Origin: Octopus sinensis
Lineage: Eukaryota
Assembly: GCF_006345805.1 (NCBI RefSeq)
Contig: NC_043013.1
Coordinates: 10,850,001 to 10,914,000 of the forward strand
Direction of reading: 5' to 3'
Length of the DNA stretch: 64,000 nt
Both the position numbers and the translations under genes were made by a program. Below are positions 53,676-64,000 of the stretch, piece by piece. The notes beneath the pieces were generated by a model. That model made no database searches. It had not been told where the DNA came from and was given only the letters and a program-made list of their open reading frames with translations. How positions within the stretch are numbered: position 1 is the first letter of the stretch; each line of letters opens with the position of its first letter.

Positions 53676-53859
53676 AATATAATATGTGAGAATTATTCGG
53701 TTGCCATAATACAACTCCGAGTTTCGGAGGTCAGGGCGGAAATTTGCTTCGACATCTCGTCAGTTATCAAAGTAATCTGCCTCGATAGCAGATTTCCGCC
53801 CCGACATACGAAACTCGGAGTTTTATTATGGCAACGGAATAATTGTCGCATATTATATT
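53676..53859. mobile_element. palindrome of Penelope-like repeats (arms 53676-53747 and 53788-53859)
   Basis: 72-bp inverted arms around a 40-bp loop; each arm has CC(T/C)GAC...CGAAAC TCG GAGT T, a decayed hammerhead layout. Confidence 0.8.
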
Positions 53860-54117
53860 ACATATGTATATATATATAAAAGTAAATTAGTGGGAACTGA
53901 ACGGGTCTGTTAAGTAATAAATGAGTGGAAAAAACCGGTGAGTTTGTTGAATAATAAGGTACTAAAAGATAATGCCTCTTTCCAAGAAACAACAGAATAT
54001 GTAAATATATGCGTGTATATATAAATAAGTGTATATATAATTATATATATATATAAACATATAGAAAGTCAAATTCAATAAATGAACATTAGAGTTAATG
54101 ATAATAATAAACGTAGA

Positions 54118-54230
54118 GCATTAGGTGTTTTCGCTCAATAAACACACACAACGCCCGGTCTGGGAATCGAAACCGCGATCCTCCGACCGCGAGTCCACTG
54201 CCCTAACCACTGGGCCATTGCGCTTCCACT
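54118..54230 (-). mobile_element. SINE family C head
   Basis: Reverse complement GTGGAAGCGCAATGGCCCAGTGGTTAGGGCAGTGGACTCGCGGTCGGAGGATCGCGGTTTCGATTCCC. Confidence 0.85.
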
Positions 54231-54967
54231 ATTTAGTAAGTGGTGGGACATAATACTAATGACCTGGGTTAAAACTGAAAATCGGTGGAAACATATATTT
54301 CTATAACTTATTAATCACATGAAAATTTGTGTTTATTAGTGGTAAAACATGCTGCAAATTTGCAATTTCGTTAATAAAGTTGTTTACTCACTTCCTCCTC
54401 ACGAGCTAAAATTATACAGATTTATAATTACTCAAGAGCCTTGTAAATAATATATTAATATGTATATGCATGTATGCGTGTCCTTAATTCTATCTCTATA
54501 GGGGTATGAGTGTATGTATATACACACATATATAACGTGTTTACCTGTATACAGACACCCACGCACACTCATGTAACAGGTGCATATATGCATAAATACA
54601 CTCATGCACACACACACACACACGCATACACACACGTGTCCTGCCATCTAGTATATGTCTTGCATTAGTGCAAGTTTCATCTGACATTGCTCGTTTAATA
54701 AAATTTGGAGAAACGCAAACAAATTTTTATCCAGTATATTCACCGACAGAAAAAAACATTGTGCCGTAGAAGCAGAGTAGATGTGTCAGTGATTTCCAAT
54801 AAGGACTAAAACCACTTAGGCTGTTCTTTTTTTTCTCCCTGCAAATACCATTGTATAGCTTTTAGTTTAAATTTTTTCTCCCCAGAATAATTTAATTTCA
54901 CGAAAAACACATGAAAACTCAGATTTTCCGAAAAACGTTTTTACATGCAACACTATTACATATGGAC

Positions 54968-55592
54968 ATTTCTATGTGTGTATGTATGTATGTATGTATG
55001 TATGTATGTATGTATGTATGCATGTATGCATGTATGTATGTACATGTGTACGTATGTATGCATACGTACCTACGTATACCTACCTACCTACATACATACA
55101 TGCCTACATACATACATACATACATACATACATACATACATACATACATACATACATACATGCTTACATACATACATGCATACATACATACATGCCTACA
55201 TACATACATACATACATAGATAGATGCCTACATACATACATACATACATACATACATACATACATGCCTACATACATACATGCATACATACATACATGCA
55301 TACATACATACATGCATACATACATACATGCATACATACATACATGCATACATACATACATACATACATACATACATACATACATGCATACATACATACA
55401 TGCATACATGCATACATACATACATACATACATACATACATACATACATACATACATGCATACATACATACATACATACATACATACATACATACATACA
55501 TGCATACATACATACATACATACATACATACATACATAACATACATACATACATACATACATACATAATACATACATACATACATGCATACA

Positions 55593-55624
<32 letters not shown>

Positions 55625-55816
55625 CATACATACATACATACATACATACATACATGCCTACATACATACATACATACATACATACATACCTACATACATA
55701 CATACATACATCATACATACATACATACATACATACATACATACATACATACTACATGCATACATACATACATGCATACATACATACATACATACATACA
55801 TACATACATACATACA

Positions 55817-55848
<32 letters not shown>

Positions 55849-55849
55849 C
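54968..55849. repeat. ~880-bp (TATG)n/(CATA)n array
   Basis: Direct reading; source of the HTYI/MYVC ORFs. Confidence 0.97.
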
Positions 55850-56292
55850 AGTAGCTGTCCTGAAATGTCGTCACGGTACTACCTCTCTATGCGGTACGAT
55901 ATTGTTTCTAAAACAATTTACAATGCCATCTCCAAAAAAGACTGTACTGAAATAAACTTGGAAAATCCCTCTGATTTGGAATATATTCATAAACACCAAC
56001 TCCAGGAATACTGGTGGAATATTTCCATCAAAACTTCTGTCAAATATAAGAAGCATAACAGGCCGCCGGATATTTTTTTTTTGGGACAGAGGGGCAAAGG
56101 TATGTACCATCATAGAAGTTAGCTGTCCTGCAGATATAAATATCTCTATGAAAATCAAAGAAAACGAAGATATCTATGGACAACTGCTTCGAAACCTCCT
56201 GCTTCTATATGCAAACTATGAATTCATATTCATACCAATAACAATTGAAGCACTAGGTTTCGTTAGTAAATGCTTAAAGGAAAATCTGGATA
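55850..56292 (+). mobile_element. RLE (R4-like) LINE fragment, endonuclease region
   Basis: SSCPEMSSRYYLSMRYDIV (~RHD)...YWWNISIKT...HNRP(D)I..WD...C.IIEVSCPAD.N...K..E.E..YG.LLR...IPITIEALG; frameshifted. Confidence 0.88.
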
Positions 56293-56590
56293 AAGACTTT
56301 GCCTTTCATCCTTTCGGGGTCGATTAAATAAGTACCAGTTACGTACTGGGGTCGATATAACTGACTTAATCTGTTTGTCCTTGTTTGTCCTCCCTGTGTT
56401 TAGTCCCTTGTGGGTGGTAAAGAAATAGGTCTTTCGTCAGTTCGTACGTTCTGTGTTCAAATTCTGCCGAGGTCGACTTTGCCCTTCATTCTTCGGGGTC
56501 GATAAATTAAGTACCAGTTGCATACTAGGGTCGGTCTATTCGGCTGGCCATCTCCCACAAAATTTCGGGCCTTGTGCCAAGTGTAGAAAA
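56293..56590 (+). mobile_element. two SINE family B partial copies
   Basis: Core motif occurs twice. Confidence 0.85.
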
Positions 56591-58128
56591 TATATCAATT
56601 TCATGCACAGAGTAGTTGAATGGTTAAGAAAGTCCCGGTTTCGAATCCAATACATGGTTAGCATTGGCGTGACTCATTTGCTAATTCCTCGTGGGGAACA
56701 ATATTTCGGAAGTGAAGTTAGTTGTACTTAAACTGTTTGCACGCCCGTAAGATGAAATGCACCTGTAATCTCAAAAACTTTTCAGCCTTAAGAATTCAAG
56801 CATTATTTATTCTTTGACTTCACTTACTTTTCATAAAATACGTTATACCCCGAACACATGGTCAAAAGCTTCATTTCTATTTCTTGAACCAAAAAATAAA
56901 AAAATAAAAGGTTGTGAAGTGAGGGAGATTTGTGTACTGTTTCTCGCGGGTTGATCATTCAGACTTACTTTTTTTTAAGTAAAAACAACATAGTAAATTA
57001 TCTAATTAACATCGAAATATCTTTAGGCCGAAGACGAGGCAACTTCCTTCGACAGTTGCATACTTCGTACAGAATGAAAAATGGTAATAATATGAATTGG
57101 AGAAAAAAAAAAAGAAAATGGAAAAAAGGGGGAGGCATCATGATTTTGCTGGTGCTGTTGGTGGCGCGTAATATAAATCAACAGCAAATTTACTTCATAT
57201 ATCAACGAGTTGTATATAATGATGACATGTTGGCTATTTATTCTCCTCGTTACATACATTTACATTACATAGAGAAATATATAAGTGATGAAGTATAATA
57301 GGAATAAAAATTTGTTTCCTGCTAAAATCACGCGCGCAAATATAAATATATATATATTATATATATATATATATATATGCATACTTGTGTATAAACATAT
57401 ACGTTTATACATATATTTATATGTATCTACATATATTTATATATGTATATAGATATACGTTTGTATAGATGCAAATAATTTGTGTGCATATATAAATACA
57501 TATATACACGTACCTATGCATATAAATATATACGTATTTACATTCTTAAATCTTTGGAAATAACTAGACACAATATAAATTCTCTCATGATTAATCGGCT
57601 ATTTTTCTTGCATTCTCCATGTTTATGTGTGTGTCTGTTCGTGTGTGTGCGTATGCGTGTTGTTACTTGCGTTCGTGTGCGCATGCGTGCGTGCAAGAAT
57701 GTGTGTGTACCAGCGTATTTGGGGATGTGCGTGCGCATATTCGTGTGTGCATTTATATGAGTATAATTTTTGGATATGATGGGAAGTGCGGTATGATAGC
57801 AGAAATTCTTTGAGATAGTCATGTTATCTACTGAGGTTATTTTACCGAACTGTGATGAAGGCGTTGGACATCAGGGCGACGAGCTACAGAAACAGACTGT
57901 GCTTTGAAAAGGAGTCCAATGTTTCAATGCAAGCAACATTTACCATGGTCGACTAGTCTCAAATGTAACCCCTTGCCAATACCTATAGAATTAGTAATCA
58001 TAGAGAATATCTAACCATCGTACGATTTAGTATATTCTGAACAAGCTCGATATTCGATGTTAATCATTCTTTTTCACTTTCTTCTTCTTCTTTTACTTCT
58101 TCTTCTTCTTAATAGTAATATTATTATT

Positions 58129-58203
<75 letters not shown>

Positions 58204-58204
<1 letters not shown>

Positions 58205-58427
58205 CCTTTTGAGCGGGATGGGCTACTCAACCTGAAAAAATTCTAACTGGGCCCCACCTGCAAGCTCATGTGCTGTTTATCGTGATATGAGATCACCATG
58301 TCGCTCTCATAATGTGATGCATGTGCCTGGTGTACCCTTATCAGACGGGTAGTCATGATGGGTATATTGGGCTTCGTATATTTTACCCCAGTGTCACTTT
58401 GATGGCATGAACTGCTCACTCACTCAA
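58204..58427 (+). mobile_element. 5'-truncated copy of the 51737-52291 repeat
   Basis: Reverse complement of ~51737-51960; flanked by (AAT)n. Confidence 0.85.
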
Positions 58428-58455
58428 GAATAATAATAATAATAATAATAAAATA

Positions 58456-58572
<117 letters not shown>

Positions 58573-58584
58573 TATTATTATTAA

Positions 58585-59080
58585 GAAAGGCACCGAGCAG
58601 GCAGAATCGTTAGCACGCTGGACGAAATGTTTATCAGTATTTCGCCCGTCGCTAAATTCTGAGTTCAAATTCCCACGACGTCGATTTTGCCTTTCATCGG
58701 TTCGGGGAGGATAAAATAAGTACCAGTTGAACACTGGGGTCGATGCAATCGACCAGCCACCTCCCTCAAAATTGCTGTTCTTGTAGTAAAGTTTCAAAAC
58801 CTTCATTATTATAATTATTTAGTTGGCGATCTGGCAGAATCGTTAGTACGCCGGTATTTCGACCGTCTCTACGTTGTGAGTTCAAATTCTGCCGATATCG
58901 ACTTTGTCTCTCGCCCTTTCGATGTCAATGAACTAAGTACTATGAAACACAAATTCCAGGCCTTGTGCCTATTGTAGAAAATATTATTATTATTATTATT
59001 ATTATCGTTGTTGTTTTTGTTGTTATTAAATAAGTACCTACTGAGCACTGGGTTCGATTTAATCAACTTGGCCCCTCACA
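58585..59080 (+). mobile_element. two to three SINE family B copies
   Basis: Heads at ~58587 and ~58822, core motifs. Confidence 0.78.
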
Positions 59081-59521
59081 TCACCATGATGTTAATCTTT
59101 ATCAAGTCATACTGCTCTTACCTTTACAACTTGAGACCTTGCCTGAAGGTAAAGCATAACTCGAAGGCTTAAGATTCATAATGGGAGCGACCCATTTAAT
59201 TTTCTTTTGTATTTTTGGGATATGTCTTCAGTTACATACTCTAAGTCCTACATCTTTTTTTATATTTAAGACAACAAGGGCTATATGAGGGTGACTAGAC
59301 TACTGTATCTAGCCACTCAAATGACCAGGTATAGACTTCATTCTTGGCTTTCTTATATTTTGATATTCTCTGACGAATGACGCAGACTGAAACACTATGT
59401 TGTTCTCTTCATAACAACTCTGCTTCCTGTCTGGTTTGTATTTCCTTATTTACATATATATATATATGTGTGTGTGCGTGTGTGTGTGTGTGTACATATA
59501 TATATATGTATGTATATATAT

Positions 59522-59564
<43 letters not shown>

Positions 59565-60426
59565 ATGTATGTGTGGATTACGCACGCTTCTGTAGGTATG
59601 TTAGACTATGTTTATGAGAGAAAGAAAACAGGCGCGAGAGAGAAAGAGAGAACGAGAGAGAAGTAGAGAGCGAAAGAGGCAGACAGACAGGCAAACGGAA
59701 GTAACAAAGTTTGCATTCCCATCCTTGTTTGGCCGGATTACTACCAATAGGTGAAAGACATGTGGACACATACTGAAGTACAGATGCATAACTTAACCAA
59801 CTATACACCTACAATTACACACACATACACACAAGCACACACACAGGCAAACACATACAAACAAGTGCAATCATGCAAACACACACACACACACACACAC
59901 ACAGATTTCCCCTAATGTAAGCGTGTATTCTGTAAGATTAAGAGGTGATATAGAGCCAAGCGGAATAAATTTGTGTACCTCATAAAGTAATTTGTCAGCT
60001 ATCGTGACTGCGTCTATCCGATGGATTCATAAAACTGATTCTGACGTGTAATGTAGGTGGTCTAGCTAAACAACAAGAACAAGAACAACAAATCTAAAGA
60101 TTTCTTCTAGAACCACGAAGGCGACGGTTGAGGGGGTATATAATAAGGACAAATTATAAAACGCTGGAGGTTTACACTGAGTTTGAAAAACAGGCAAGTA
60201 GGCGTTCTCGTAAGTTTAACACCACCACCCCCGTGTAACATATTGGAATAGACAAGAAAAAATACTCAGGCTGCAAACTATAATTTCAAAGATATGAATG
60301 TCTGGTATGCATTGGCATTAACACTGAAAGCAAAGCTGCTGGGTTTTGTTATTGTTCTTGTAATTTTTGTTATAGCCCTAGGCAAGTTCTAAGGAAGCTG
60401 ACTGGTAATTACAGGTTGCGCAAGAT

Positions 60427-60771
60427 CAGTAGTTCTCAACCAGGATCCATATGACTCCTGTCTGTCCCTACAATAATTTTCGGGTCAACGCCAGCAAAAT
60501 AGTAAACTGGGGATCCACAGTAGTATTTTAAAGGTTCTTAAAATTTTAGATTTTAAAAGTATGTATTTGAAAAAAACTGTTAGGTTTCTTTCTCAAAGTT
60601 TTAACGTAGTTTCACTTAAACAAGTGAATGAGTGAATAACAAAACAGGAATTTTGAAAGAAGTACCTATAAAATTAGTTTCTAAACATCGAATAGCTACG
60701 GGGGATCCACCAGAATAACATAGTAAACAAATGGGTCCATAGATAAAAAAAAAATTGGTTGAAAAACACTG
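60427..60771. mobile_element. hAT (Charlie-like) MITE
   Basis: TIRs CAGTAGTTCTCAACC / GGTTGAAAAACACTG; degenerate 8-bp flanks CGCAAGAT / AGATAGAT. Confidence 0.7.
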
Positions 60772-61048
60772 AGATAGATTTAGGCCAAATAGCCCCAGCA
60801 AAGCATACATCAGCAACAGAGACGCTTCTATCGTTTCAATATCTGAGACTGTCAAGGCAGCGAACGGCGAGAATCTTTACTGCGCCGGGCAAAATACTTA
60901 ATGCCATTTTGTCCGTCTTTACGTTCTGAGCTCAAATTTCGATGAGGTCGACATTGGATTACATCATTTCGTTGTCGATAAAATATGTATCAGTTGAGTA
61001 TTGAGATGATGTAATTCAATTCGCTTACAACATCATAAGCGGAAAGTG

Positions 61049-61366
61049 TAACCTCTTAAAAGAGCTGTTCTTCACTCCTGCTCCAGAGCGTCGGCTGCGG
61101 GGTCATTCCGAAAAGCTCTACCTGCGACGATTTCATCTCAATCGAAGGAGAGGAGCTTTCTCCGTCCGGGTTGCGGATCCGTGGAACAAGCTGCCAGACG
61201 AGATGGTGGAGATGCCGACGACCGCTTTGTTCAAAGTCTCCCTTGACCTCAAGTGGCCTGAACTCTTTACATGAACACCACCCTGTACTTAACTCCATAT
61301 CCCCCTACATGGCCTTGCTATTTGCTTTTGAGCCAAATTAACTAACTAATTAACTAACTAACTAAT
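61049..61366 (+). mobile_element. CR1-group LINE 3' end
   Basis: LRGHSEKLYLRRFHLNRRRGAFSVRVADPWNKLPDEMVEMPTTALFKVSLD is a typical CR1 C-terminus; (TAAC)n tail. Confidence 0.9.
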
Positions 61367-61561
61367 TAATCCCTTCCCCCAAATTGTTGGTTTTGTGCCA
61401 AATTTTAGAAACCAATATCTGAGGAGACATCGTTTATGTCTTGAGTGCTAAATCTCATAAAGCTGGTTACCTGGTTTTCATGTCATATAAGTGACCGTCG
61501 TCCAAACATCCCCACTTGACAGGGGTGCCAACAATTTTGGAGGGGGTTGAAAAGTCGATTA

Positions 61562-61889
61562 CAGTAATCCCTTTCACTGTCGCGGATGTTACGTTCCAAC
61601 ACCCCCACCCCGCGATAGGTGAAATTCCGCGAGGAAGAAACAGTACTCTACTGCATATTTTTTAAATTCATTTTATAATTTGAATATATTCAATTTATTA
61701 TTAATTTAACAACTACACACACTCACCTTCCGAATTTCATTTTCCATACCGTATGTGCGATTCTTACTTTACTCATCTACCCGCGATATACTGAGAAGTT
61801 TGCGATATGAATTTACATATATTAGCCAGAAGAATTCGCGATGTACTGAGGGCGTGATAAGTGAACCGCGATATTGCGAGTGATTACTG
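61562..61889. mobile_element. pogo/Tigger-type MITE
   Basis: TA CAGTAATCCC...GCGAGTGATTACTG TA; internal CGCGAT repeats. Confidence 0.75.
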
Positions 61890-62734
61890 TACGCCGAGAC
61901 TATACGTAACTGATCCTTTATTTTATCGACCCTAAAATATGAAACAAATTTGACCTCGGTGAAATTTGAACACGGATCTTTACGATCCGGTAGAAATGCA
62001 GTTATGCATTTTCTCTGTCCATGATTCTGTCGCCTCAATATGATTTATGAGGGTCGGTCGCAGTTGATCATTCTCCTTAAGCCTATACTAAATATATTTG
62101 CATTGCTTTTTAAATCTCTGATATAGGTGCAACCGTATGTCGGTGGTACTCTGGGATTTGAACTCAATGTGTACAAGAAAGGAACAGCTACTGCGTGGCA
62201 TCCTTTTCTAGATTTAAAGATGTAGAGAAGAAGAAGAAGAAGAAGAAGAAGAAGAAGAAGAAGAAGAAGAAGAAGAAATTTTAATTATGTAATCCACTCA
62301 AAGAAAATAAATAGAAATAAAATTGAAACCAGTACCGTTTGGAACTTGAATTCTGTTCGATATGGTAGGGAAGTGAGTATTGATTGATAATTTATTTTAG
62401 TTTGTATTAGCTATTATAATCAAGGCATACAGCAACCCCGCGTTCAAAGAGGTATGTGACACGGTAGTGAGAAGGCATAACAGCAGCAACAACAACAATA
62501 ACGGTTTCAAATTTAGGCTCAAGGCCAGCATTTTCGAGGTAAACGATAAGCCAATTACATCGAGCTCAGAGTTCAACAGGTAATTATTTTATCGACCTGA
62601 GAAAGATTAAATGGGGAATTCGCAAACTGAAACATTGATAACTGTACTAAAAGGTAAAGACTACCTATACCACCTGCATTTCCTTGTACATGTGTGTGCA
62701 AATGTGTGTGTAAATGTCTGAACTCAATGTTCTG

Positions 62735-62771
<37 letters not shown>

Positions 62772-62825
62772 GTTTAAATATTTGTTGTGCAAGATTTTTG
62801 ATGTGAAGTCGTGTGTTGAAACAGA

Positions 62826-63207
62826 TATTGTTATATTTCGGAATGGTCATTTTGCCAGTTTAGCCAATAAAAACACACGCACTATATATTTGGTGTTATT
62901 TTGCTTCAGTGTTATTTATTTTTTACATTAATCTTAATCTTATTTCAGCCAGAGTTCTTTCGTCACACTCCTAACCGTCAGCCATTTTGTATTTCAAAAT
63001 GGCTGACGGTTAGTAAGGAGAAACACAAATAAGTAAGAAGAAAACAAAGGACCACTGATGCGGTCACAGGAGTGTGACGAAAGAACTCTGGCCGAAATAA
63101 GATTAAGTTTAATGTAAAAAATAAATAACAATGAAGCAAAATAACACCAAATATATAGTGCGTGTGTTTTTATTGGCTAAAATGGCAATATGACCATTCC
63201 GAAATAA

Positions 63208-63214
<7 letters not shown>
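62826..63214. mobile_element. 389-bp palindrome of Penelope-like repeats, centre ~62992
   Basis: Outer arms ~145 bp, inner 19-bp arms (62971-62989 / 62995-63013); ~55 nt present only in the right arm. Confidence 0.88.
63052..63091 (+). ncRNA. type I hammerhead-like motif (A9C variant)
   Basis: CCA CTGATGC G GTCAC aggagt GTGAC GAAA G aa C T C TGG: stem I CCA/TGG, perfect 5-bp stem II, CUC triplet. Confidence 0.55.
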
Positions 63215-63242
<28 letters not shown>

Positions 63243-63246
<4 letters not shown>

Positions 63247-63449
63247 TGGTCCAAAAGTACGGTTACAGTTATTCAACTATATCTTTTGCATTCATATATT
63301 ATGAGCTTGGATCTTAATTATAAAAAATGTGAAACCCTTATTCAATGCTAATTTAGTTAATTTTGTCAAGCTCCCTTTTCAGTTTGTAAGACGGAAATTT
63401 AAACGTAATAAAATGTGCCTACGTAAACCTATTTTGGGGCATCCCTCTA
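63243..63449. mobile_element. Tc1/mariner-type MITE
   Basis: Decayed TIRs GGTGGTCCAAAAGTACGGTTAC / GTAAACCTATTTTGGGGCATCCC in TA context. Confidence 0.65.
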
Positions 63450-63480
63450 TATATTTATAATCAACTATAAATTATACTGT

Positions 63481-63890
63481 GGAGGTGCAATGGCCCAGTG
63501 GTTAGGGCAGCGGACTCGCGGTCGTAGGATCGAGGTCCCGACTCCCACACCGGGAATTGTGTGTGTTTATTGAACGAAAACACCTTAAACTCCACGAGAC
63601 CCGGGCAGGGGGTGGTGGTGAACCCTGCTGTACTCTTTCACACCTTTTTCTCGCTCTTTCTGTTGTACTTGTATTTAGAAAGAGCCAGCCTTGTCACAAG
63701 AGCTGCGACGTCACTAGTGCCAAGCAGTATAAGCCTCTGCTTTTCTCTTGGATAACATCGGTGACGTGTAGAGGGGAGGTTGGTATGCGTGGGCGACTGC
63801 TGGTCTTCTATAAACAACATTTCCCAGACATGTGCCTCGGAGGGTAACTTTCTAGGTGCAATCCCATGCTCCTTCATGACGGAAGGAGGT
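63481..63890 (+). mobile_element. chimeric SINE, family C head with the 23100-type tail
   Basis: Head and first 200 bp match 8746-9090 (reverse complement); 3' part matches 23100-23290 (reverse complement). Confidence 0.8.
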
Positions 63891-63930
63891 CACAATATAA
63901 ATTATTTTGCAAACAACATATAAACTCATT

Positions 63931-64000
63931 AAGGCGGCGAGCTGGCAGAAACGTTAGCACGCCGGCCGAAATGCGTAGCCGTATTTCGTCTGCCGCTACG
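63931..64000 (+). mobile_element. SINE family B head, cut by the window end
   Basis: Near-identical to 29554-29625. Confidence 0.9.

Noticed and set aside
59370-59405. CTGACGA...GAAAC spacing
   Set aside because: Stems I and II do not pair

Overview
AT-rich eukaryotic DNA saturated with microsatellites and transposable elements. The SINE families and repeat load look like a coleoid cephalopod, most likely Octopus; this is recognised from memory, not from a search. No host protein-coding gene can be called with confidence, so the window reads as intron or intergenic DNA, and most ORF-track entries are translations of simple repeats. Supported content: three tRNA-derived SINE families (about 40 copies or fragments, two with clear target-site duplications); remnants of R4/Dong-like RLE, RTE and CR1 LINEs; Tc1, mariner and maT transposase remnants; Tc1, pogo, hAT and piggyBac-type MITEs; and a non-autonomous Helitron. 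The most interesting signals are: (1) several Penelope-like (PLE) terminal repeats carrying type I hammerhead ribozyme motifs, three of which form large head-to-head palindromes with divergently oriented hammerheads; (2) two RLE LINE copies whose 5' junctions sit directly in (CATA)n arrays, suggesting microsatellite targeting; (3) a speculative, heavily degraded adhesion-GPCR-like trace at about 26.7-28.0 kb on the minus strand. Many repeat boundaries are approximate to roughly 10-20 bp.
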